Virus record (IMG/VR): IMGVR_UViG_3300010413_000005
Location: 32,001-96,000 of that record
Direction: 5' to 3' (one strand)
Length of the DNA stretch: 64,000 nucleotides
DNA from: a virus
Shown here piece by piece: positions 26,597 to 35,747 of the stretch. How positions within the stretch are numbered: position 1 is the stretch's first letter; each line of letters opens with the position of its first letter. Position numbers and translations under genes: made by a program. The notes under the pieces are model-generated. The model was not told the origin of the DNA, searched no databases, and was given only the letters and a program-made list of their open reading frames with translations.

Positions 26597-28184
26597 TCGA
26601 ATCACCTAGGTTTTTCACCGCCCAATTGACAATCGGACGCAATGTCGGAGACATAAATATCTTATTTCCGTTACGCACGCTGTCTGCCATACTCTGAATC
26701 GTCGCCAAAAAACGGTCGCTGTACAACGTCGAATCCAACCCCAATGATCTTATGCCTTCGCGCAATCGCTCGTCTAGCGAATTCGTATCTGCGAATGTAT
26801 TTTTGATTTTTTCCCTTGGTTTATCGCTCTTTTTGCGTTTATCCAGATTGGCGCAAGCCACCTGGTCTATCATCGCCGGAGACTTGAGTATGGACACCGG
26901 AGGTATGGTCAAGCCTTTTCTCGCGAAGGAGCCTATATGTTCGTGCCAATACTCGAGAACTTGCCGCGGAGTCACCCCCTTCTCGATGCACAACACTCCG
27001 GCCTCTTCCGCATATGACTTCTCCTTGTCTGGAAGCACAGAAGGAAACGAGATCGGCCGGCCCTGCGATACTTCGGCCGCGCGGCGATACCGGACGTAGA
27101 TTCTCGAGAACTCCACTCCCAGTTTGGCGATCAGTTTCTTGCGTGAGTTGTCACGTTTCGATTTGCTCAATATCCGGAGCATGCGCGGTCGCTCTTTGCT
27201 GTTCGGATCGAACGACACGCTCGGGTGTCCCCTCTGGTCCAGATTCTCGAAGCGAATTTCTTTACCTCGACGCAAGTCGAGTTCGGCAACTTGTTGCCGA
27301 AGGTTTCTCCTCCCAGAATCAGCACGTTTCTTCTCCGAAGAAACGAGTACTTTAAATTTGTTTAAATTTAATTTACTTAAATTACTTAAATTTAAATTAG
27401 TTAAATTAGGGGATCCAAGGGGAGCGACTTTAGTCCCTTCCGAGTTGTTTTCAGATTGTTTGTTTTCAACAACTCGATTCGTTTGTTGTAAGTATCCGTC
27501 TTCTTTGGTGAATTTCCTTCTTTTTATCAATTTTTCTTCAACTTTTATTGTATTCCGAATTGTTGATAAATCGCCAGATAGTAAATACAAATTATCTTGA
27601 TTATTAGTGGTTATATTTTCTATTAGCATTGAATTGTTGTCGTATGTTTTATAATGATGTAATCGATCGCGTAATACGCAAACATAAAATTGTCCCGCGT
27701 AATCATAATAAGTTGTATTTGCAGGTTGTGTATTTCCTTTATAATATTGTAAGCGCTTCGATTGTAAAATCAATTCGGATAACGTGACGGCGCTTACATT
27801 ATTTTCTAACATGAAATTTGACAATCTAGTGACCGCGTATCCGCTCTTGATCATCAATTTTCTCTCCACTACGACTTCAGTAGGTTTGCCAGATCCGTGT
27901 GGAATGAAACTGATGTAATTCTTGCGCTCGAGTTCTCTCAATATCTGATTGCTACGACGTTGTGAATACTCCAACTTGTGTGCCAACGCCGTACGTCCGG
28001 ACTTCAACGTCTTGGAGTCGTACGTCAAAAGTTTCATCCACACTGCTAGCGCCGGACACGATAACTCTTCACAAGCGGTTTCGATATCGGCCGGACCTTC
28101 CCAAGGAAACAATTCTTTCGTAGCTTTGAAACGCGTTCCGGAGGAATGTTTCGTAGTGGAAAGTATGGGAATGTGTTTTTTCAT
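26586..28184 (-). CDS. Putative replication initiator (N-terminal winged HTH)
   Basis: GRTALAHKLEYSQRRSNQILRELERKNYI HTH pattern; upstream of DnaC-like and DnaB; internal AT-rich tract; start set at MKKHIP. Confidence 0.65.
   Translation of the reverse strand: MKKHIPILSTTKHSSGTRFKATKELFPWEGPADIETACEELSCPALAVWMKLLTYDSKTLKSGRTALAHKLEYSQRRSNQILRELERKNYISFIPHGSGKPTEVVVERKLMIKSGYAVTRLSNFMLENNVSAVTLSELILQSKRLQYYKGNTQPANTTYYDYAGQFYVCVLRDRLHHYKTYDNNSMLIENITTNNQDNLYLLSGDLSTIRNTIKVEEKLIKRRKFTKEDGYLQQTNRVVENKQSENNSEGTKVAPLGSPNLTNLNLSNLSKLNLNKFKVLVSSEKKRADSGRRNLRQQVAELDLRRGKEIRFENLDQRGHPSVSFDPNSKERPRMLRILSKSKRDNSRKKLIAKLGVEFSRIYVRYRRAAEVSQGRPISFPSVLPDKEKSYAEEAGVLCIEKGVTPRQVLEYWHEHIGSFARKGLTIPPVSILKSPAMIDQVACANLDKRKKSDKPREKIKNTFADTNSLDERLREGIRSLGLDSTLYSDRFLATIQSMADSVRNGNKIFMSPTLRPIVNWAVKNLGDSNEK
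27345..27830. other. Putative replication origin (AT-rich tract with TTAAATT repeats) inside the initiator gene
   Basis: tttaaatttgtttaaatttaatttacttaaattacttaaatttaaattagttaaattagg at 27351-27410, then an AT-rich flank, against a roughly balanced GC background. Confidence 0.55.
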
Positions 28185-28189
28185 TCGAG

Positions 28190-28237
28190 AATTAAAAGAG
28201 AAACGGCTCCGTGCATAGAGGAACACGGAGCCGTTTC
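28190..28237 (-). terminator. Intrinsic terminator-like hairpin upstream of the initiator
   Basis: Perfect 14-bp inverted repeat GAAACGGCTCCGTG/CACGGAGCCGTTTC (28200-28237), 10-nt loop, followed by TCTTTT on the minus strand. Confidence 0.7.
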
Positions 28238-28322
28238 AATGGGAGATTCGAATATCTTGGTACAGTGCCTTTTGGCGATTAAGTTAGTATAGCGCTTTTC
28301 GCTCGGAGCTACTGATTTTTTT

Positions 28323-29804
28323 TTAGTCATCGGAAGATTCTTTCACAGTCACGCTGAATTCGGACTCCGAGCGATAAACCTTCAATCGCTCTTTGGAATG
28401 CTTAGTGAAGTACGAATTGGTGTGGTCCATGAAATCTATCAAGGTCGCTTCCGTTTTGCCCTCTGCGATCGTCATGTTTCTCATGCGTTGGATGGTAGCC
28501 TTGGCGTCTCTTCCACCTTCAGCGTTGATGACGCATTCGATCTCGGGAATGTCTATCCCTTCTCCGAATACGGTTCCTATCAATATGTTGAAGTCGCCGC
28601 TCAAGTAATCGTCTATCACTTCTTGTCGTTTGTGTTTTTGATGTTTGCCAACTACCACACCGTATTGTGCCCCTCTTGATTCCAAGGCGTCTACTATCAT
28701 CTGTATCTGCTCAAGGCTGTTAGAGACCACAAGGACTTTCATCCTATGGGCAAATTGATGTGCCAACGCAGCGATTCTATCATTTCGATACTCGTTCGCT
28801 ACGATACCGCGGCGCCGGAGCGTTTGACTCCATTTCATGTGAGCTATGTTGTCCGGTTTCCTGATCGGATAGACCAACACGTTTTGTCGCATGAGAAATC
28901 CGTCTTTTATGAGCCTGGAAGACGGAACGTCGATTCTAATCGGTCCGCATGAAGCTTTGAGCCAAATGACTCCCATCGACTGTTCTCTTTTATTGTCCAA
29001 TAACGCGGTCGCCGAAAGTCCTATTTTGAATCGAGCGTCGAAGTCCTGTATGGTCTTGTGCCATTCTCCGGTCCCTTTGAAATGGTGAAATTCATCAGCT
29101 ATGATAACGTCGATTCTCTTTATCAAATCGGCGTATCGCGGATCTCTGGGAACTGTCTTCCATTTGCCATGCTTGTCTTTGTAGCGCCGGCCTCTCAATA
29201 AAGTGAGCGTTTGAGCAGTCGCGACCGTAATGAACTTGGGATCGAATTCGGAGTCTCCTATGATTCCGATTTCAGTACACAAAGCTTCTTCGAGAGAGCT
29301 TATCGTTTGATACAGAAGCATTTGCGACGGAACTATGAACAGAGTCGAATGGCCTAATATGGATATGATTCGAGCAGCGGTTTTCGTTTTACCGCTTCTT
29401 ATGGGCATCTTGATGATGCCGTTGCCGAATAATCGAGCCTTTCTTATGTCCCGAGTTACCGAAAGAACTGCCTCTAATTGGTAGTTTCTCAGTTGGATGT
29501 TTTCGTTCCAATTGATTTTTCGTCGTTCTGTATGTACTTTTCTCAAGTCGACTACGTCGTAATCCACTTTCCATTCTTTCAGCACCTCCGCGACGTCTTC
29601 GAGCATTCCGATCGGGACCGTGTATCCGCGTTTTTCGCTGAAAGTCAACAAATGAGTTCGTCCATCCCAGAATCCGCTTTTGAAGCTCGGAGCGAATCGA
29701 TGCCCGGCGACCAGATAACTGGTGACTTCCTTTATGGCCTTGATCACACTGATGTGTACGCCTTCCAACGTGATCAATCGATTATCCAATATCAATCTGG
29801 GCAT
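28323..29804 (-). CDS. Superfamily 2 helicase (UvsW/Rad25-like)
   Basis: QLRNYQ, MPIRSGKT, DEFHH, GLSAT, GEGIDIP, TIQRMR. Confidence 0.9.
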   Translation of the reverse strand: MPRLILDNRLITLEGVHISVIKAIKEVTSYLVAGHRFAPSFKSGFWDGRTHLLTFSEKRGYTVPIGMLEDVAEVLKEWKVDYDVVDLRKVHTERRKINWNENIQLRNYQLEAVLSVTRDIRKARLFGNGIIKMPIRSGKTKTAARIISILGHSTLFIVPSQMLLYQTISSLEEALCTEIGIIGDSEFDPKFITVATAQTLTLLRGRRYKDKHGKWKTVPRDPRYADLIKRIDVIIADEFHHFKGTGEWHKTIQDFDARFKIGLSATALLDNKREQSMGVIWLKASCGPIRIDVPSSRLIKDGFLMRQNVLVYPIRKPDNIAHMKWSQTLRRRGIVANEYRNDRIAALAHQFAHRMKVLVVSNSLEQIQMIVDALESRGAQYGVVVGKHQKHKRQEVIDDYLSGDFNILIGTVFGEGIDIPEIECVINAEGGRDAKATIQRMRNMTIAEGKTEATLIDFMDHTNSYFTKHSKERLKVYRSESEFSVTVKESSDD

Positions 29805-29886
29805 AGAAGTGCGACGAATTTGAAAAATAATTCGTAGTATCACGCGCGTCTAGCGCGATATGAAATTAATTAGCGCGAACGGAAAA

Positions 29887-30024
29887 TTATTCTGAAGTGA
29901 CTTGTTCTACTTTGTCTTTGGTTTTTTCTGCGTCGTCGGAGCTAAGATATCCTAATGAATACAGAATTGAGATGGCAGCGGTGATTACCGCGGCGATTAT
30001 CGCGCTAATTTGCTTCTTACTCAT
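29887..30024 (-). CDS. Small single-TM protein
   Basis: Hand translation MSKKQISAIIAAVITAAISILYSLGYLSSDDAEKTKDKVEQVTSE (45 aa); GGAGGAG RBS. Confidence 0.65.
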   Translation of the reverse strand: MSKKQISAIIAAVITAAISILYSLGYLSSDDAEKTKDKVEQVTSE

Positions 30025-30025
30025 G

Positions 30026-30559
30026 TCACTCCTCCTGTTCGATTATGACCGGATGTTCTTTGTCTCGTTTGAGCATCCTTTCCGTTATTGTTTCCACGTT
30101 GTTCACATTTTCGTTATCTCTTTTCTTGTACGGATCTTCTTCGGTGCTGATTCGCGTCCACAATCTTTCGTCGTAGTGATACGGAACGGCTAGAGCTCCT
30201 TGTTCGCAATCAGCCAAGGCATGAATCGCTTCGTGCATCATGGTGTGCTTGAAAGCGGTTCCTTTCAAATCGCTGGCGATTGCTATTTCGTTTTTATCGT
30301 AAGTGGTGCAACCAGCTATCGAATCCTTGGTTCTACCGTTACAAGTTATAGGTCTGTCTTTGATTATCACATCGTAATTGAAAAGGTCCGCGTAGCACCG
30401 ATCGCTTACCCTCCATATCATCATGTCCCAAGCTGCGACCGAGATCAACATCTCGGGATATTCGACTTGTTCGCCTGGACGCAGTTCGTACGGATCCGTT
30501 TGGCAGGCGGACGATATCGCGAGCGCCAACCCGATTAGTAGTATGTTCAACTTTTTCAT
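30026..30559 (-). CDS. Lipoprotein with HExxH metallopeptidase motif
   Basis: Signal peptide MKKLNILLIGLALAISSA-C (lipobox-like); MMHEAIHAL followed by a downstream His. Confidence 0.7.
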   Translation of the reverse strand: MKKLNILLIGLALAISSACQTDPYELRPGEQVEYPEMLISVAAWDMMIWRVSDRCYADLFNYDVIIKDRPITCNGRTKDSIAGCTTYDKNEIAIASDLKGTAFKHTMMHEAIHALADCEQGALAVPYHYDERLWTRISTEEDPYKKRDNENVNNVETITERMLKRDKEHPVIIEQEE

Positions 30560-30586
30560 TTACAAACCTTTCTTTTATCGGCGTTA

Positions 30587-33500
30587 TCACGGAAGTGTAA
30601 CACTGGATTGTAGAACGTTATCGTTGATAACAGCTCCGGTTCCAGTATTTTGGATCGCAGGAGTCGTGGTGTATTCATTCAAACAGATATTTTCCGTTAC
30701 GATGTTATAATTTCCACTAGATAGATTGATCCAATCGTTATTGCCCATTCCGACCGAATTCGAGTTGGCAAAAAGGTGATTGGCGTGTACTCGTAATGAT
30801 TGGTGAAGCGTTCCAGCCTTGATGAATTCTCCTTCGTATTCCATGGTGAATTCGCAATTTTCTACTGATCCGCCATTGTGAAGAGAACTATCGGAGAACT
30901 CAACAAGGAATGTATTGAACGCTCCGTTCGATCCTTGGTTGTTCCTTACCTTTCTAATCTGACAATTGTGCGCGTTGCTGACCCTGATGAATGTACGTCC
31001 GTAGCTCGCGTAATTGGAAGTCGTACTTGTGAAGTACCATTGCCCTCCGTATCCGTACAAGAACAAGTCTTCTAAAACACAATGGTCGCCTGTCACCTCT
31101 ATATACGATTTACTAGTCGGTTCCGGAGGTCTTGCCGAATTGTAGAATTCGAATCTGGCGTGAATTATTTTGCAATAATCTCCTGCCATTTCTATGCAAG
31201 ATTCGACGTTGCCGCTTCCGAGAGAAGTATCGAAATCTGTCAACATCTTGAGATTCATTATCGTCGTTTCACCCTTCATGGAAAAGAACGCGAAACCAGG
31301 AGAAACGACATCCCAAGAAGTAGGAATGAAATTCAATTCGAAACCGTCTACGAAACAATCCGTAAAGCAGAAGATTGAATCATTTCCCGGTCCGGCGATA
31401 TCTCGATCCATATACACACTTTGTACGTCTATCACGAGATCTCTGATTTTGCAATCCTGGAATAAAATCCATTCGTAATTGTGAATTGTTCTTTCATCTG
31501 TGGTTCCGGTCGCCTTCCTGAATTTGCAATTGTATAGTGTTCCTTCCTTGATTTTGATCATATGATCGGTAGCGCCGCTGAATCTCATGAAAGTAGCGTT
31601 CATATTGAAGCTGCAATCAATGTAATCGACGCCTTCTGTGTCTATCATACAAGGTTGGGAGGAGTTGTCTCTGTCCGCTTCTGCGCCGGAGAAATGGCAA
31701 CCTCTGAAAGTTCTTTGAGACGTTTCGTGTGAAGTTCCAGCAGAAGAAAGAACGAGTTTTCCGCTATCCGAATACACATAACAATTCTCGAATGAAACCT
31801 TGCGATTGCCACTAGTGATGCTTATGGCCGGAGTGTAATTCGCCGTTCCTCCGGCGTCGATGACGATTACACAACCGATGAAATGCGAATCTTCTCCGTC
31901 GACTACGAGAGCATTTTGTCCTGATTCTTTTTGGATGAATGCGCAATTTACGAAAACCTTTTTTCTGGAAACTGCGTATCCGTTGTTGTACGGCGATCCT
32001 TGCGTCTTGAACGTCGGCGATCCGTTCGTTTCATTCACGAAAACGCAATTGGAGAAGTAATCAACGCTAACACCTGTGGAAGTCGTTATTACTTGGAATG
32101 TTCCGCTCGAGAGCGGCGTTCCGGAACCGGAAAGAGAATCCGGAACATGACAACTGCGCATCGAAGTGGCTTCGTTTCCGCCCAAACCACCTCCACCGGT
32201 GGCTGTGCCGCCTCCGTAGTGTTGAAAAGCGTTCGGAGCAAGTAGGCAATGTTCAGCATGAAACGGACCGTCGTCTCCTAAGATGGAATATAACGTCGCG
32301 CCCATCTGCAGATTTTTGAACACACCGTACCAATTGAATCCAGAAACCGCGGTGGGAGCGAACAATCTCGATTTCAAGATGTTCTCGCCTTCGATAACCG
32401 GCATGTACGATTTGCTCATATTTGAACTGGTAAAGAGAAAAGTTCCGGTTCCTTTCAAGAAGTGTTTTTCGGAACCCCAAGACGAAATAACGCTATCTAT
32501 TCCTTGAAGATCAGCCTGCATGGTCGCTTGGCTAACGGAATGTGTAATGCCGATACGAGATCTGGCGAGTTGACGATCTGCGTCGGTCATCTTGGTTTTC
32601 ACTTCGTTTCCGCTTGTGCCGAGTCCTCCCCAAGAAGCAGAAGCAGAAGGAGCGGTTTGCGCGTAACTGGAAGGATCGAGGCAAATCAGATTTGCGCCTC
32701 CGGCGACGCTGGTCAAATCATCCACCATCTCTTCTATCGCCGTTTGCATATTGGTAGCTGCGATCGCCCAACTGATAGGAGACGCTCCGGTGTACGGTGT
32801 GAAAGATATGCTTACGGCCGAATTGGCAGCCAAGATTATCTGTCCGCTGATGTCGAACACCGTAGGCGTTCCGCCGTTACCGGTAACAACTCCGGCGAAG
32901 AAATGAGCTCCGGAAGTCGATATGGGATTGCCGGCCGCGCGGCGAACGGAAATGCCTACCAGTTGAACCCAATAATCGGATGCGGTCGTGGACACCGTGG
33001 TCTGTCCCAAAGTGCCAGTGGTAGTTATCTTGTTTTCTCCGCCTCCATAAGCTACGGTACACTCTTCTATCGCGATCGCCGGAGTCAACGCTCCGGCCGC
33101 GGGCACCTTCCTGAAGACTCGAACAGTACGTCCGGAGTTGTCTTCTCCGTTTTGGGTTACCGAATCCACACCAAATGTTATCGTTCCGCCATTGTCTACG
33201 ACCGAATCCGGTTCCGCTTGTTCTCCGACGTCCTCTATGTATTTGACATATTCCGGATTGCCATACGTAGGATTGATCTGAATTCCATAAGGTTTGGAAA
33301 TGTATCCGGCGCCTACTTCGTAATCAACAGCGTTCGAATTTTCGAACACCGCGGAACGAGTTACGAGAGAAAGATCCAGAATGTTGCCCAACCCGTCGTG
33401 CGCGTCTCCGGCACCTCCGGTCTTCAGATCCATTTGTACTTGATCCGCTCCCGGAGAAGATAAAGCCATCTTTTCCAAAAAGCTTCCGTTGCTGTAGGCG

Positions 33501-33616
33501 CGCGAAATGATCCCTCTACAGATTCCCTGCGTATATCCCAACAGTCTGGTCCCGAAGTCTTCGAAACCCATAACTCTTTTTTCGCAGATGTTTGAGAATT
33601 CATCTAAAGTGGCCAT
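30587..33616 (-). CDS. Tail spike / receptor-binding protein with right-handed beta-helix-like region
   Basis: Follows baseplate genes; repeated FxNCxF/FxGCxF/FxDCxI units typical of pectin-lyase-like helices. Confidence 0.7.
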   Translation of the reverse strand: MATLDEFSNICEKRVMGFEDFGTRLLGYTQGICRGIISRAYSNGSFLEKMALSSPGADQVQMDLKTGGAGDAHDGLGNILDLSLVTRSAVFENSNAVDYEVGAGYISKPYGIQINPTYGNPEYVKYIEDVGEQAEPDSVVDNGGTITFGVDSVTQNGEDNSGRTVRVFRKVPAAGALTPAIAIEECTVAYGGGENKITTTGTLGQTTVSTTASDYWVQLVGISVRRAAGNPISTSGAHFFAGVVTGNGGTPTVFDISGQIILAANSAVSISFTPYTGASPISWAIAATNMQTAIEEMVDDLTSVAGGANLICLDPSSYAQTAPSASASWGGLGTSGNEVKTKMTDADRQLARSRIGITHSVSQATMQADLQGIDSVISSWGSEKHFLKGTGTFLFTSSNMSKSYMPVIEGENILKSRLFAPTAVSGFNWYGVFKNLQMGATLYSILGDDGPFHAEHCLLAPNAFQHYGGGTATGGGGLGGNEATSMRSCHVPDSLSGSGTPLSSGTFQVITTSTGVSVDYFSNCVFVNETNGSPTFKTQGSPYNNGYAVSRKKVFVNCAFIQKESGQNALVVDGEDSHFIGCVIVIDAGGTANYTPAISITSGNRKVSFENCYVYSDSGKLVLSSAGTSHETSQRTFRGCHFSGAEADRDNSSQPCMIDTEGVDYIDCSFNMNATFMRFSGATDHMIKIKEGTLYNCKFRKATGTTDERTIHNYEWILFQDCKIRDLVIDVQSVYMDRDIAGPGNDSIFCFTDCFVDGFELNFIPTSWDVVSPGFAFFSMKGETTIMNLKMLTDFDTSLGSGNVESCIEMAGDYCKIIHARFEFYNSARPPEPTSKSYIEVTGDHCVLEDLFLYGYGGQWYFTSTTSNYASYGRTFIRVSNAHNCQIRKVRNNQGSNGAFNTFLVEFSDSSLHNGGSVENCEFTMEYEGEFIKAGTLHQSLRVHANHLFANSNSVGMGNNDWINLSSGNYNIVTENICLNEYTTTPAIQNTGTGAVINDNVLQSSVTLP

Positions 33617-33623
33617 AATTTCC

Positions 33624-34886
33624 TCACGTGTTTATATCTACGGTATCGTTCTCCATAGGGTTGAAAAACATTTCCACTTCGGACAACTCGATTTGTGTGC
33701 CCGTTGTTTGGCCTACGCCTAACGAACCGCTGGAGTGCGAAGAGTCGTTCGTATCTATTACCTGCAATGTGTCGAAATACACTCTAATAACGTTATATGT
33801 GCTTTCTGGTATTATTTCTACGCGAATAGCATAATACGTATCAGGTTGTATTTCTGTGGTGTAAGTGGAAAGCATATTGACGCTCGCCAGAACCGTATCG
33901 ATTCCGGCGACCGATTTCGAAAGTCTTATGACGTTGGGGAATGTTGGATGGTCGTTCAAGAATACAGAAATCAAATAGTAATCGTTTTCTCCGGTTCGAT
34001 AGAAATAGCAATGCATCGATTTGGTATCGCTACGTATTTTCCATGTGGCCGTGTAATTGGTCCAATCCGGAGCGGCGTCCAATCCCACGTGTGTTTCGGT
34101 ATCGCCGGCCGGATCATTCAACGTCAGCACGCCTCCGCTGACAGTGGATATGCTATTGGTTCCGTCTTCCCACTGCGAATTGTCACCTTCGGTTGTGAAT
34201 AAGTCCAAGAAACCTAAATAGCTTATCACTACTCTTTCGTTCACTGGACGGGTCAATTTCGCGAGTTCTCTTACGAGAGCGTGATCCAATGTTCCGTCGT
34301 CCACGATTCTTATGTTGTATCGATTCTCGTCGTAATTCGGAGGACCGGGAAGATTTATCATGTGAGGATCGTATCCTTCTCTGTCTTCTGTCAAAGCGGT
34401 TCCGTCCATGACAATTCTGAAATCGAACCAATTCCAAATGCGTACTCGAGCTCCAGTTACCAACTTCAATAGATCGATTATCGAATTCTCCGGACCTCTC
34501 TTCTTCCAAAACGGGACCGATGCTATGATAAGTCTCCGTAGTGTTTCCGAATCCAGTTGATCCGTTATATGGTCCAATTCCGACGTCCAACCCACAATAT
34601 TCTTCTGGTAAATCAAAAACGATTCTGATACAGTAGGAATGTCCCATAGCAACGGTAGATTGCGTATATTCTGTGTTATATCTCTCCATATCTGTTGTGG
34701 TCCTTCGAGATATCTTTCTACAAATTGCCCGCCTTCGTTTTGATCCGCGATCCTGATTCCTTCGATCAGAAATTTGTACATCTCCATCCTCAGCGGTTCT
34801 TCCACACTGGGCATAGGAATGTATCCGATCATAGGACTGGATTGCGTATGGAGCGGATTTCCGGATTGATCTTGGATGACTGCCAT
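33624..34886 (-). CDS. Baseplate wedge protein (P2 gpI-like) with C-terminal beta-sandwich domain
   Basis: LRRLIIASVPFWKKRG..SIIDLLKLVTG gpI-like motif; WTNYTA..YYAIRVE..SGSLGV lectin-like tail. Confidence 0.7.
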   Translation of the reverse strand: MAVIQDQSGNPLHTQSSPMIGYIPMPSVEEPLRMEMYKFLIEGIRIADQNEGGQFVERYLEGPQQIWRDITQNIRNLPLLWDIPTVSESFLIYQKNIVGWTSELDHITDQLDSETLRRLIIASVPFWKKRGPENSIIDLLKLVTGARVRIWNWFDFRIVMDGTALTEDREGYDPHMINLPGPPNYDENRYNIRIVDDGTLDHALVRELAKLTRPVNERVVISYLGFLDLFTTEGDNSQWEDGTNSISTVSGGVLTLNDPAGDTETHVGLDAAPDWTNYTATWKIRSDTKSMHCYFYRTGENDYYLISVFLNDHPTFPNVIRLSKSVAGIDTVLASVNMLSTYTTEIQPDTYYAIRVEIIPESTYNVIRVYFDTLQVIDTNDSSHSSGSLGVGQTTGTQIELSEVEMFFNPMENDTVDINT

Positions 34887-35746
34887 TATAGTATCTGCGC
34901 TGTTATTTGATCGTTTGTAGTTATGTAATCTATCGGATTGGAATACAGAATTCCCTTTACCGTCAAATTATAAAGCTGTCCTTCGGTTTGATCGCTGGTT
35001 TTCAGCGTGACCAAGCTACCTTCCAAACTCTCTACGCTTTGAACAACCAATCCTCCGTCGAAGGAGTAATTGTTCGAATCCAATATCGCCGCGTTGCTTT
35101 CCATGACTTCGCTGAATTGTACTTCTACGGTGTTCTTGTCTTTGGCCAATACCAAAATCACGGTAGGAGATTGCCCTATGCCGGCGAAAATCATATATTC
35201 GCTGTAAATCGGCCGGCCGCTCGAGCTGATAACAGCTCCGGTGACCGCTCCTTCGTATTCGGCGTCATCCGTCATTTCGTTCACGATGACTTCCACATAC
35301 AGAGGATAAGATTGACCCGGAGGCAATACTACACTCTGCGCAAATATGCTTTCCGCTCCTCCGGTAATCGGATTGAAAGAATAGCTGGCCGGATCAATCA
35401 GAGCGGCGTTTATCTGTACAGATTCTTCGAAATCGATTCTTATCTTGTTGGAAGTCAAGGCGCGTATGTTGGATACCCTCAAAGATGTTATAAAATCAGC
35501 GGACAACGAATCAGAAAGCGATATCGTGTCAGATACGGATTTGGATCCGTAAGTTCCGATTGGAGTTTCTTCGACTTCTATTTCGTCTGTATTTACCACC
35601 TCTATTTGCGAACCGGATCCGTCGGACAGAACAATCACCAGGCAAAACGATAGGGATATCGATTCGTCCAAAGTTCTTTCGTTAGTCGTAGCGATTGAAT
35701 CGGACGTGCTTACGGAATCGCCTACTGTTTTTTCGTATAAAGCCAT
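34886..35746 (-). CDS. Baseplate-associated protein with tandem Ig-like domains
   Basis: Two similar units (NKIRIDFEE..DPASYSF; NTVEVQFSE..DSNNYSF..YNLTVKG); N-terminal SDS repeats. Confidence 0.6.
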   Translation of the reverse strand: MALYEKTVGDSVSTSDSIATTNERTLDESISLSFCLVIVLSDGSGSQIEVVNTDEIEVEETPIGTYGSKSVSDTISLSDSLSADFITSLRVSNIRALTSNKIRIDFEESVQINAALIDPASYSFNPITGGAESIFAQSVVLPPGQSYPLYVEVIVNEMTDDAEYEGAVTGAVISSSGRPIYSEYMIFAGIGQSPTVILVLAKDKNTVEVQFSEVMESNAAILDSNNYSFDGGLVVQSVESLEGSLVTLKTSDQTEGQLYNLTVKGILYSNPIDYITTNDQITAQIL

Positions 35747-35747
35747 A

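Noticed and set aside
29830-29880. Promoter upstream of the SF2 helicase (TTCATA-N17-GATACT)
   Set aside because: Match to consensus is too weak to call without data.
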